64,000 nt of DNA from Octopus sinensis (taxonomy: Eukaryota), in contig NC_042997.1 of assembly GCF_006345805.1 (NCBI RefSeq), positions 190,030,001-190,094,000 of the forward strand, read 5' to 3'. The position numbers were made by a program, and so were the translations under genes. The notes beneath the pieces are model-generated. The model did not search any database and was not told the DNA's origin. It saw nothing but the letters and a program-made list of their open reading frames with translations. Shown in pieces: positions 14,160 through 26,077 of this stretch (position 1 is the stretch's first letter; every line of letters starts with the position of its first letter).

Positions 14160-15136
14160 TATTATTATTATTTTTATTATTATTATTATTATTATTATGA
14201 TTCCTCCTGCAAGCTGCAGGAGGAAACAGTGAGAGTAAGTTGTGGCGAAAGAGTCAGCAGAAGTTCGCCATTACCTTCTGCCGGAGCCGCGTGGAGCTTA
14301 GGTGTTTCGCTCATAAACACACACATCGCCCGGTCTGAGATTCGAACCCGCGATCCCTCGACCGCGAGTCCACTGTTCTAACCGCTAGGCCATGCGCCTC
14401 CACAAATATACACATGGTATATCAGTATAAACGTTATTATAGAGAGCTGTATCTAGTGGTTAAATGTTATACGCAAACATAGCTGAAAACAAGGTTTACG
14501 ACCAAACAAAGACTGTTATAAGAAAATGCAATGGTAAAGAGAACTTAAACCAATGAAAAAGAATCATAGCCAAGAGACATACGAAAACCTATGCATTCTG
14601 GTAGACAGCGCTATTACTTCCGACAAAAGGATGTCAAAAAACTATCAAAACACAAAGACTGCGCTATTGAAATAAGATGATAGTATAATTCAGTATCGAA
14701 ATGTATTTATATACTGGATATTACAAAGGTATCATGAATAAATACATAAGCAACATATCAAATATGGCAGTGTTTCATAAAAATAAATTAAACATCCTAA
14801 GCGTAACATAGTTTTCAGGTCAGTAACACCGATCACAATGTACAGTTCTATACAATTATCTTCAAATACTAATGAAAAAGTTCACAACCAGAACATAAGA
14901 ATCAACATACCATATGAAAGAAATTATATACTCTTTTACTCTTTTACTTGTTTCAGTCATTTGACTGTGGCCATGCTGGAGCACCGCATTTAGTCGAGCA
15001 AGTCGACCCCAGGACTTATTCTTTGTAAGCCTAGTACTTATTCTATCGGTGTCTTTTGCGGAATCACTAAGTTACAAGGGCGTAAACACCCCAGCATCGG
15101 TTGTCAAGAGATGTCGGGGGGACAAACACAGAGACA

Positions 15137-15174
<38 letters not shown>

Positions 15175-15206
15175 CACACACGCATACACACACACACATA
15201 TATATA

Positions 15207-15237
<31 letters not shown>

Positions 15238-15239
<2 letters not shown>

Positions 15240-15900
15240 AACAAGAAGGTAGAAATATTAGTTACTACCAGGTGCCCAGCACAAAAGACGAATCAGTCAT
15301 AAGACAAAAATATTATTCGTATAGAAAAATATTATTCATGTAGTAATACAATTAAAGGCCCCTAAATTAGGATGCCGAGTGCTGGGAACACAAAAAGAAG
15401 ATGAACTTATCGAGAGTGAAAAGCAAAAACATTTACCGATACTTTACACCTCGGACCGATCAGTTTCTGCCTCTTTCTAGTAAACACAAAATATGTTTGC
15501 TAAGGCTGGCTTTATCAACGAGTCGCCTAAATTGAATCGAGGTCTGCAGCGATGTGAGAACATGTGTCGATCTCGACTACTAGCAGATCTTAACTTTTCA
15601 AATCTCTGCGCAGACGCAAATCTACACGGCAGTATAGGGCATGCCGGGAAGAATTTTACGAATAAATTCATCATGTAAATATGCGAATATAAACAAGAAG
15701 GGTAGAAATATTAGTTACTACCAGGTGCCCAGCACAAAAGACGAATCAGTCATAAGACAAAAATATTATTCGTATAGAAAAAATTATTCATGTAGTTATA
15801 CAATTAAAGGCCCCTAAATTAGGATGCCGAGTGCTGGGAACACAAAAAGAAGATGAACTTATCGAGAGTGAAAATCAAAAACATTTACCGATAACTTTTT
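15238..15900 (-). mobile_element. pLTR-like element: ~205-bp direct repeats (~15238-15442, ~15688-15893) around an HHR-bearing core
   Basis: Repeat aaacaagaag(g)gtagaaatattagttactaccagg...catttaccgata occurs twice; inserted in the microsatellite of a minus-strand SINE. Confidence 0.7.
15450..15522 (-). ncRNA. Hammerhead-like motif with U3-A8 core
   Basis: CUCG-UUGAUAA-A-GCC...GGC-A-GAAA-CUGAUCGG-UC-CGAG; long internal stem II hairpin; A/A mismatch at base of stem II. Confidence 0.6.
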
Positions 15901-16007
15901 ACCGATATATTATATACATTTACCGATATATTATATACATATATACGAAGGGCTTCTTTCAGATTCACCCCGGTCTCACTTTGATGGCATGTATTGCTCT
16001 CTCATTC

Positions 16008-16060
<53 letters not shown>

Positions 16061-16114
16061 TAATAACATCGAAAATACGTTAGGACTGAGAATCTAGGTT
16101 CGAAATTTTCCCAA

Positions 16115-16160
16115 GACACCTGATGAAAGCTGGAGGGTATATCAGCCGAAACATTGTATT
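16115..16160 (+). ncRNA. Degenerate minimal hammerhead
   Basis: GACAC-CUGAUGA-A-AGCUG-GAGGGUAUAU-CAGCC-GAAA-CA-UU-GUAUU; mismatches in stems I and II and in helix III. Confidence 0.45.
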
Positions 16161-16254
16161 ACCAACAAACAAGATGAGGACAAATATCCGTCAAATGTAA
16201 ATAATGTAAATAATGAACTCAACGAGGAGTTATTTGTTTCTTCGAATTGCTAGA

Positions 16255-16368
16255 GGTCCCGGGTTCAGTCCCACAGCGTGGCACCTTGGGCAAGTGTCTT
16301 CTACTATAGCCTCGGGTCGATCAAATTCTTGTGAGTGAATTTGGTAGACAGAAACCGAAGAAAATCCG

Positions 16369-16413
<45 letters not shown>

Positions 16414-16850
16414 TAATCCAAACAAGAACGCAAAAAAATCACAACGCGAGGACGTGGAACAAATATAGTATTATTGGACGCTCAGGAAAGAAGGAAAGAA
16501 GGAGGGTTTAACGTTTCGAGCGGAGCTCTTCGTCGGAAACATAGGAGAAGAAAAGATCCAGAGAAGGGAAGACAGAGGAAAAAAATCGCCAACGGTACAC
16601 ACGAAGTCACATATATATATATGTAAATATATGTGTGTGTGTGTGCGTGTGTCTTTGTGTCTGTGTTTCTCTCCCATCACCGCTTCATAACCTGCGTTAG
16701 TGTTTTTAGGCCCCCGTAACTTAGCAGTTCGGCAAAAATAACTGATAAAATAAGTGCCAGTCATGCAAAAATAAGTCTTGGGGTAGATTCGTTCGACTAA
16801 TAGCTTTCAAGGCGGTGCTTCAGCATGGCCGCAGACAAATGACATGCAAC
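16255..16850 (+). mobile_element. SINE family B, interrupted by an HHR unit
   Basis: Head 16255-16370, body 16640-16850. Confidence 0.75.
16506..16540 (-). ncRNA. Ultra-minimal hammerhead motif with U4C core
   Basis: GUUU-CCGACGA-A-GAGC-UCC-GCUC-GAAA-CG-UU-AAAC; in a ~200-bp unit (~16410-16612) inside the (TA)n of a SINE. Confidence 0.65.
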
Positions 16851-18423
16851 AAAAGAAATGGATCCCTAAAATAACGTAAGAAACAAAACAAAACAAAAAT
16901 AAAACAACAGATAGTCGTTCTTCGTAGTGGTAAGTAGTATTAGTAGTAGTAGTAGTAGTGTGAAAACAACAATTATCCTGAATATTGTAATTAGCAAGCA
17001 TAATTTTCTGTTGAATAGTAATAATTAACTGTAAATAACAACAATACTATAAGGTGCAACAAAAATCGCAATAGAAGCAATGCCGTGAATTACAAAAATA
17101 TAAACCAACAACAAAAACAACTGTCATGATAATCATCATCATCATCGTCGCCATCATCGTCGTCGTCGTTGTCGTTGTCGTCACCATCGTCATCATTAGC
17201 AATACGCGTAATGTAGCAACAACAACAACAACCGTATAGAGGCGCAATGGCCCAGTGGTTAGGGCAGCGGACTTGCGGTCGTATGAACGCGGTTTCGATT
17301 CCCAGACCAGGCATTGTGAGTGTTTATTGAGCTAAAACCCCTAAGCTTCACGTGTAATGTAGCAACAACAACACTGTGGAGGCGCAATGGCTCTGTGGTT
17401 AATGAAGCGGACTTGCGGTCGTAAGAACACGGTTTCGATTCTCAGACCAGGCATTGTGAGTGTTTATTGAGCAAAAACACCTAAGCTCCACGCGGCTCCG
17501 AGGGGGATCGTGGTGAGTCCCGCTGTACTCTTTCCCCCTAACTTTCTCTCAACCTTTCTTCCTACTTCTGCCACAAAGCAGAGGAACAATGATGTAACAC
17601 ACTATGGTGTGGTAAACGTTAGACCTAGTCTAGATTGTGAATCCTCTGTACTCCAGGATGGTTCAGCTCTCCACCCGTTAAAAGCTACCGTTTACGGAAT
17701 GAGGATAACAACGTAGCTTTCGCGCCCGTGCAGCCGCCAGTCTATCGCGTGTGGTGGATGGATCTTCAAGTTGCCACACGCATTCTTAGTAGCTTAGAGT
17801 AGGCTCGAATTAGAGATTATTCTTTAGTGGCGAATGACGTGAGTCGTGATTAGAAGAAGAAGAAGAAGAAGAAGAAGAAGAAGAAGAAGAAGAAGAAGAC
17901 AACAATAGAAGCGGCAGCAGCAGCGGTGGTACATTCAGATCAGCATCACCATCGGCTTCAGCAGCAGTAGCAGCAGTAGTAGTAGTAGTTGTGCTAGTAG
18001 TAATTTATGGTACTATTTGTAAAATTTAGCGATCAGTTTGTCCGGAAGGTGTTGGTCAAGCAAGGTATATTAGTTGTGATGTATCTTTATATTTGACACT
18101 GTTGTTTATTCAGCTGGTTTGTTGGTTAGCTACAAACTGTTATAGTGTCATGAAAATGTTGGCGATTTGGCGATTTTAGTCGTACTAATGTTTTCGCCAG
18201 CGTGGGATTGCTGGGTTTTATGACAATACAAAAGCTAATTACACGCAGTAAAAAGAAGCGTTCGACAGATAATGTTTTGGAAATGTGAGATTTAAGCATA
18301 AAAGTAAGAATTGCCAGAAAAGGAATGTTTCTGAGAAATAGTTGAGTGGATTCGAGTTCCTTATGATTGTGGAAAGGACTCAAAATATATTCGTGGATAG
18401 ACTGGGTAATGTAAAGGTTATAT

Positions 18424-18659
18424 CTTTTATTCTTTTATTCTTTTATTTGTTTCAGTCATTTGATTGCCGCCATGATGGAGCGTCGCCTTTAGTCGATAAA
18501 ATCGACCTCAGGACTTACTCTTTGTAAGCCTAGTACTTATTCTATCGGTCTCTCTTGCCGAACCGCTAAGTGACGGGGACGCAAACACACCAGCATCGGT
18601 TGTCAAGCGATGTTGGGGGGACAAACACAGACACACAGACACACAGACACGCACACATG

Positions 18660-18690
<31 letters not shown>

Positions 18691-18852
18691 CGACGGGCTT
18701 CTTTCAGTTTCTCTCTAACAAATCCTCACACAAGGCTTTGGTCGGCCGGAGGCTATAGTAGAAGACATCTACCCAAGGTACCACGCAGTGGGACTGAACC
18801 TAGGACCATGTGGTTGGTAAGCAAGCTACTTGCCACAGAGCCACTCCTGCGC
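18424..18852 (-). mobile_element. SINE family B
   Basis: Full-length reverse-complement match to the family. Confidence 0.88.
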
Positions 18853-19051
18853 CTTAATCGTAAATAAATATAATATATCGTAAATAAATATAATTAGTTT
18901 TGTATGATAATCAATATTTTTCATCCCTGTTTTAAAGTAAGTTTGGGACTTAAACTTCTGTCGAAAACATGCAAACATGACAATCGAAATAACACAGTAT
19001 TGCTCAAACTGCATTTTATTCAGTATCGAATTAGGCCATTCTCACGAGGGA

Positions 19052-19103
19052 TATGTTCATAATATTGTTGCTTCTCATGAGAAGCAACAATATTATGAAC
19101 ATA
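19052..19103. repeat. Perfect 52-bp palindrome without spacer
   Basis: tatgttcataatattgttgcttctca|tgagaagcaacaatattatgaacata. Confidence 0.95.
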
Positions 19104-19926
19104 AAAAAAATAACAAATAATATATTGGTAACGAATTCATTAGTACTATAATTATTGATGTTGTCGATCCCTTTATGATGTCGATCCCTTCAGTTCCCTT
19201 CGATCCCTTCAGTTCCCTTCGATCCCTTCAGTTGTCGATCCCTTTATGGTAACTATTGTTGCTGATGATATGATCAGACAAGGACTGTTAGTAGATAATC
19301 CTAAATAACTCAACATTGCCAACGGAGGTTGACATGTTGGCGAATGGCTTGTAAAGTAATACAGAAATAGACAATCACCGACAATGTATGGTTTTGAAAG
19401 GATCACTCTATATGCTATCCTGATATAATTAAATTGATAAAAATATGTGAGTTTGAAGACAGAATACCGATGCGTCAGTGTAGAATAAATACTATTTATA
19501 AGCTGGTGGTCATTTTCCGGATGAAATCTGTCCTCTCACTGATCACAAGAGATTTTCTAGTATAAATATTTTGTAAAAATTCCATACCTTGATGTTGTTG
19601 AGTCTTAAAAGTTACTCTGAAATAAGGTGCGTGTAAACTCAGTGAAGAAATAACTCTCGCATTAATAAATATTTCCAGAGAAACTAAGAACACAAGTATT
19701 CACGTGGAAGCTTCTGTCGTCAGCAACATAGTGTTAAGTTAGCTTTAATGAAAAGTGGGTGAAAATATTTCAGAATATGTTTCAAAATATTTTCAAGCAA
19801 TAGGGACAATATTTATACCGAAAGGTAATATTTATCCTCACTGAAAAATGGATGTTTTGTTAGGTGTAACTATATCTTGGATTTGGTGAAACTATATCTG
19901 GATTTGGTGTGAACAAACAAATAAGT

Positions 19927-20202
19927 GTACTCTGCTGTGTCTGGGGAGTCATTTTCTTTTTGCGCCTTATAATGTAACACACTCATCGGTAAAACACCCA
20001 CATATTTCTTATTTTTATTTTCCTAAAATTTTCGTTGCCTCTTGCAACCTTTTCAATAGTCTTGACTCCTGAAAAGGTTGCAAGACGCAACGAAAATTTT
20101 GGGAAAATAAAAATATGAAATAAGTGGAAATTTTACCGGTGCGTGTGTTACATTATAAGGCACAAAACTAAAATGACTCTCCTCAGACACAACAGAATAT
20201 GC
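19927..20202. repeat. Foldback element (~130-bp arms) with head-to-head minimal hammerheads at its centre
   Basis: Arms are imperfect reverse complements around atagtcttgactcc. Confidence 0.85.
20023..20059 (-). ncRNA. Minimal hammerhead, U3-A8 core (decayed mirror at 20066-20102, +)
   Basis: CUA-UUGAAAA-G-GUUGC-AAGAG-GCAAC-GAAA-AU-UU-UAG. Confidence 0.65.
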
Positions 20203-20929
20203 TTCAACACACAAAATCACTTAAAGAATCTCGCAAACCAAATCCGAAAACGAAACAAGTGTACATTTATATCAAAAGCTATTATGAGAGTTTCTCTCAT
20301 GGTACTTACCGCAGTATAGTTTGTACTAACAGAATATACACGTTTAAGGGGAGATAAATAGTGCCATTTCAGAATATATTGTCCAAGACACTGCGGCAAC
20401 GTGAATTAAAATCAATGCGCTGCCGATCAAGAAATTGAACCCATAAGTTGCTTGTGAATCAAACACTCTAACCGCCAGGCCACACACCTTCACTCATTGT
20501 TACACAATAAAGTATCTATAATTATTTTGAGATAACTTGAAACGCTACAAATAGCAGCCAATCTTCCTAAAGCCACATTCTATTGACTTAAGATAACTCA
20601 GATTGGAAAATGACGTCTAAATATAAGTCGGAATAATCAAGGAGGGAATCCCTTTGGTTAAAACTCTACAGCACGAGTTTCAGTGAACGAGTCAAGCTCT
20701 AAAGATTTTATAAGTGTTTATTCATTGCTTTTGATTTTATAACATATAATTTAGCGGTCGGCAAAAGATGGTATAGAATAAGTAACACATTTGAAAAGAA
20801 GTAATGGAGTTAATGTGTTCCACTGAAACCTTAAAAAGGTGGTTCCCCAGCATGACAGTACTCCAATGAGTGAAACACGTGAAAGCATAAATGAAAGAAT
20901 AAAAGAAGAGAGAGAAGTGTGAAGAACAA

Positions 20930-21192
20930 GCAGCAAAGAGGAGGAGATGAAGAAGGAGGAAAAGAATAAAAAGCAAACGAAAAATAATAATAAGAAGAAG
21001 GAGGAGGAGGAGAAGAAGAAGAAGATGAAGAAGAAGAAGAGAAGAAGAAGAAGAAGAAGAAGAAAAGAAGAAGAAGAAGAAGAAGAAGAAGAAGAAGAAG
21101 AAGAACATAGAGAAAGAAAGAAAGAAGAGAAGAAGAAGAAGAAAGAAGAAGAAGAAGCAGAAGAAGAAGAAGAAGAAGAAGAAGAAGAAGAA
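20930..21192. repeat. (GAA)n purine tract (also 12496-12647 TAA/GAA, 13015-13140 CTT, 17855-17898)
   Basis: Direct inspection. Confidence 0.95.
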
Positions 21193-22279
21193 TCAACTAC
21201 AGTGCATGATTAGTATACTATTGGTCGACCCCGGATGGAGAAAAGATGAGGTAGACCTTGGTGGAATTTGAACACTTATTGGAAAATATTTGTAAAAAAT
21301 GAAGAAAAAAAAAGAAATGAAAAAAAAAGAAAGAAATGTTCCTTGTCGAGCCATGCCAGGATTATAAGGGCCAGTTTACAGGTTTCAGTGGCGTAGAAAT
21401 TTCCCACCTGGACGCCGGTCCGTCGCAGGATTACTCATTTTTGTCAGGTGAGTGGACTGGAGCAACGTGAAAATGAAGTGTTTTGCTCAAGAACACAACG
21501 CGTCGCCCGGTCCAGGAATCGAAACCACGACCTTACGATCATGATGCTGACACCCTAACCACTAAGCCACGTGCCGCCACAAAAATATGAATAGCGTGAT
21601 TTTAATCAGAGAGAAATAAACATTCAATTTCTTAACACAGTTTAGACATGAATAATTCTATATTTAATGTCACTTTTTTAGATTTGCAAATTCTTCAAAA
21701 GAAATTCTTAATTTCAACTGTTAGTTCGAAACACAGTTTTCTGCTGAACTACATAATCTTAAACTTCAATAAATTCGAAAGTTTCAGTAGTTTATGGAAT
21801 TGAGGCAGTCTTCGTCGATTTAGAAGAATTATTGTCAGATTACGATAAGCTTTATTGTATATGAAATGGATTCTAAGTTATGCATATACAGCCATAATAT
21901 ATGTAATTAATATAACACTTAAATTGTCCAATATTTATGATACTCTATATATCAGATATATACACATATAATGTATTGTCTCAACAGTCGTTAAATTGTA
22001 TTCAAATTCAAATATACTTATTGAACAGAGGTATAGCCATGTCTTTCAAACGTTCGCTTTGGAAGTAATTGCATTCAGATTCGATCCCTGTGCGCAGTCT
22101 TTTGTTCAGAACGCTTCGATGGAACGAGAAAAACTTTACATCGTAATTTAGTAAAGCCCGCATTAGTTATATTATATATATATATATATATATATTATAT
22201 ACATTATATTATTTTTGTAATTTACTTAATCTTTACTTTTTAATTGTTATTTTAATTTTAACTTTTCTGTTATATGTAA

Positions 22280-22656
22280 CTAGCAGTATCGCCCGGCGTT
22301 GCTCGGGTTTGTAAGGGAAATAACTATATAAGCATTTTTAGAGAGTTATAGCCAAAAAATAGCAAAAAAATGATGGTAAATTTTTTTAAGTCGTTGACTC
22401 ATCGTAGACATTTTTAGAGAGTTACTTCCCTTATATAATAGCGAAAAAATGCATTAAAATGGAAAAAAAAAATGAAGGTAATTTTATTTTTAAATCGTAG
22501 ACTCATCGTAGACGCGCGCTAATACCCAGAAGGGCTTGATATGAATCACGACTATAAGATACCCGGTTTTGGTTAAACTGCACCGCAAAATGTGGGAGTA
22601 CTTAGGAATCTAAATCGTAGGAGACAGACACACAACTTGACTTTTATATATAAAGA
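22280..22656 (-). mobile_element. Non-autonomous Helitron (377 bp)
   Basis: Minus strand A|TC...cccgagcaacgccggg hairpin...CTAG|T, no TSD. Confidence 0.8.
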
Positions 22657-22823
22657 TTTTCTAGATGTTGTAATTTAATTATTCATTTTGAATTGATAAA
22701 AGGTGTTTTTTTTCTAATATTTTATATATATATATATATTATATTGTGTGGAATTTGATTTAGTATTTCTAAATTGAATTCTTTTTCCTTGTAAGTTTGA
22801 ATTTTATTCCCTTAAATAATAAT

Positions 22824-22895
<72 letters not shown>

Positions 22896-22952
22896 TTAGT
22901 GAATTGAAGAAATGGAGCTGAACGGAGATTGAACAGAAATCGTTTTATTGCA

Positions 22953-23031
22953 TTCTACACGTGTTTCGAAAGCCACATTTACCAAATTCCGATTGCATAA
23001 GGAGACCATATTGTGTCTTTCTCTTCAGGAA
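22953..23031 (-). ncRNA. Type I hammerhead ribozyme in left palindrome arm
   Basis: Mirror copy of 23555-23634, core intact. Confidence 0.8.
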
Positions 23032-23554
23032 GAAATAGGAAATCCGTTGGCAAAAACAAAAACAGAACAGAGGCGGAGCAAAACAAATCGAACGAGGCTC
23101 CTAAGAGCCCATGGCCAAACTGTTTATCAATGTATGTTGAAATCGGGTGGTGGGTGCGTTGAAGATTTTAACAGGTCAGGCAGCGGTCATTCCGGTGGGT
23201 GAGAGCACGGGGTGCGTAGATGTTCTTTGTGACCGAGACTAAAGTTCTGACTATTTAAAGAATATTAGGTGTATTATATGGGGCGGGACAGATTTTGACT
23301 CGCCCCATATAATACACCTAATATTCTTTAAATAGTCAGAACTTTAGTCTCGGTCACAAAGAACATCTACGCACCCCGTGCTCTCACCCACCGGAATGAC
23401 CGCTGCCTGACCTGTTAAAATCTTCAACGCACCCACCACCCGATTTCAACATACGTTGATAAACAGTTTGGCCATGGGCTCTTAGGAGCCTCGTTCGATT
23501 TGTTTTGCTCCGCCTCTGTTCTGTTTTTGTTTTTGCCAACGGATTTCCTATTTC

Positions 23555-23634
23555 TTCCTGAAGAGAAAGACACAATATGGTCTCCTTATTCAATCGGAAT
23601 TTGGTAAATTGTGGCTTTCGAAACACGTGTAGAA
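23555..23634 (+). ncRNA. Type I hammerhead ribozyme in right palindrome arm
   Basis: UUC-CUGAAGA-GAAAG...CUUUC-GAAA-CACGUG-UA-GAA; stem II extended by CACAAU/AUUGUG. Confidence 0.82.
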
Positions 23635-23854
23635 TGCAATAAAACGATTTCTGTTCAATCTCCGTTCAACTCCATTTCTTCAATTCACTAATAATATTAA
23701 AATTCAATTATCCGCACCAACGCATGGTTGCAACACCATATGGTTGTACCTCCAACCGTGCTGTCTTCTGCTGTGATTTTTGCTACCAAGGTATCGGTTA
23801 AACTTTTGATTAATCTGCAACAAGATTATTCATCTTTCTATTTCACAATATATA

Positions 23855-23901
<47 letters not shown>

Positions 23902-24046
23902 ATATATATGTATATTAGATAATAGATCGTAAGGTATACACCTGGTAAAAGCCAGTTATTAATTAGACTTGCACAATTAGTGGATAGTGTCATTTGTACA
24001 GATGTACTTTTGACGGCTCGTCCATAAATCAAGCAATATAGATTTA

Positions 24047-24240
24047 CGCCACGCCGGGCAAAATGCTTAGCTGTATTTCGTCTGCCGCTATGTTCTGAGG
24101 TCGACTTTGCCTTTCATCCTTTCGGGGTCGATTAAATAAGTACCAGTTACGCACTGGGGTTGATATAATCGACTTAATCCGTTTGTCTGTCCTTGTTTGT
24201 CTTCTCTGTGTTTAGCCCCTTTTGGGTAGTAAAGAAGTAG
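24047..24240 (+). mobile_element. SINE, Nin-like family
   Basis: Same core and ccccttgtgggtagtaaag-like tail. Confidence 0.8.
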
Positions 24241-24899
24241 GTTTACGGACAAAACAACGCAAATCAAACCTGAAATGTATTTAACTATTAGGAAACATCG
24301 CTCTGCTATTGATTGGGAGGGGAAATTATTTACAGAAGGAAGCACAGTAGGTCTTCTCTGAGGAGCAATCAACGTATTGTAAAACGGTCGTCTAGAAACT
24401 CCCTCCTTCATTTTCCCACACTTTGGTGGCAAAGAAAAAGCGTATTCATAAAAAGAAATATTATATATTGATCACTATTGTCATGAGTTTTAACAATCAT
24501 TTTTAGAATTAATCTACTCGTATGAATCGAAGACTAGGAACTGTGAGTTCAAGCTACGTTAAACGAATGTGAAACGCAGCATACTAAACAGAAAATTGAA
24601 AGTGAATTTTATAATGTAGACGATATGACAATATTTGTTTCAGCATTTGTTTTTATTATACTTCAGTATTTCTATTGAAATTGCTTTGCAATACAATTTA
24701 TATGTGTAAACTAAAAACTCAAAAGATAATTTGTTCTGGAATTTTTATTAAAATTTTTATCATAATTGTCATGGCTTCAAATTTTTTATAGTTTTCCTAG
24801 GAAAATTGATTTCTCCTTTAAACTAGTAAATTCTAATCATTTTTCTATATGATACTTGAATTTATCACGTGATATTCTTACGTGTGGTCTTGATTACCT

Positions 24900-25210
24900 T
24901 TTGGCCTTTTTGCCTGTCGCTTCCTTATGATTCCGCGCGAGGTGAAGGAATTCTCTCTAATTCACATTCTATCAATGCAGGTATGTCCTAGGGTGTCGCT
25001 TTGTCGCTCAAACTCTGTCTTCTGTACAACAATGCTGTATTTACTATCATCACGAAGAAAATCCGTTCTTACACAGATGATTCCTCATATCATTTTTTAA
25101 CCTTCTGCATTTCAGATTCAATTATATGTAACCTTTTCAATCCTAACTTCAAACTGAGGATGTTTAAATATTGTTCAATGGAATCTTGAAAATCTTCCTA
25201 TTTACGACTC
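24900..25210 (+). mobile_element. Degenerate CR1/Jockey-type reverse transcriptase fragment
   Basis: SINAGMS*GVALSLKLCLLYNN...IRSYTDDS resembles INAGVPQGS.L.P.LF..Y.ND...YADD. Confidence 0.6.
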
Positions 25211-25507
25211 AATAAAATTAGAGAAACTAAACACAGTAAACAAAATATAAACGATCATCTGCTCAAAATACAGAGCACATAACTAAAACATTTAAGGTTA
25301 TTGCACAGGTGAAGTCTTGCCACCACTGAGGTTCTTTCCAAGTGAATATATACATCATCAACATAAGGATTGCATAATGATGTTGAATGTGGATCTGCAT
25401 TGCGTGTGTATGCAATTGAGTTCTGTGTGAATGAATGTGGAGCACGCGTGTGCATGAGCATGTATGTGTTTGCACATTCTCGCTGTATGTGCAGTTGTAT
25501 ATTTATA

Positions 25508-26077
25508 TTGGGTTGTCCGGAAAGTTCGTGCCGATTTTTAAAGGAAAGAAAAAGGTCAATAAATACTTGCCACTACGTTTTTAATCAACCAAATATGAAC
25601 CATTTTGTTGCACAATGCGTCTCCATCTTTCCTTTTACTTCAAAATACTCTCTTCCCAGAATCGAGGTGCTTTCATAGCAAAGAATTCATCAAGGTATCT
25701 TTTTACGTCATCCAAGGAATTGAAATTTTTACCATTAAGACTATTCTGTAGAAACCTGAATAAGTGGAAATCCGAAGGAGCAATATCTGGTGAATATGGA
25801 GGGTGGGGTAACACATCCCAGCCGAGCTGCAGCAATTTTTGTCTGATTCTCAAAGCATCAAATGCCGAAGATGAATTTTCTTATCTTCCATTTTAAAGGG
25901 TTATAGAATTAACACAGGTTATAGGAACATAAACCTTCTTCCACGAAAAGATAGCTTAAACTGTGTTCTAAATGGAGGGAGGTGTAGTCAAATCCTATTT
26001 TATGGACTCAACCATGTTCTAAAATAAGTCGAAAGATAAGCTGCTATAAATCGGCACGAACTTTCCGGACAACCCAA
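25508..26077 (-). mobile_element. Internally deleted mariner element with ~30-bp TIRs and TA target duplication
   Basis: TIR ttgggttgtccggaaagttcgtgccgattt at both ends, TA flanks; LGWDVLPHPPYSPDIAPSDFHLF motif. Confidence 0.93.

Larger units (their letters stand above)
14936..15965 (-). mobile_element. SINE family B, interrupted by the 15238-15900 element
   Basis: 3' part at 14936-15135; resumes at ~15940 (atacgaagggcttctttcag). Confidence 0.7.
22888..23699. repeat. Near-perfect palindrome, arms 22888-23285 and 23301-23699, 15-nt spacer
   Basis: Arms are reverse complements; I noticed 3 substitutions and one 1-nt indel. Confidence 0.97.

Noticed and set aside
17238-17310. tRNA-like heads of SINEs as tRNA genes
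   Set aside because: A/B boxes continue into SINE bodies and lack a complete acceptor stem.
20831-21213. Lys/Glu-rich and Leu/Ser-rich ORFs
   Set aside because: (GAA)n microsatellite translations.
22948-23626. Mirror ORFs in the palindrome arms
   Set aside because: Consequence of the inverted repeat; no homology recognised.
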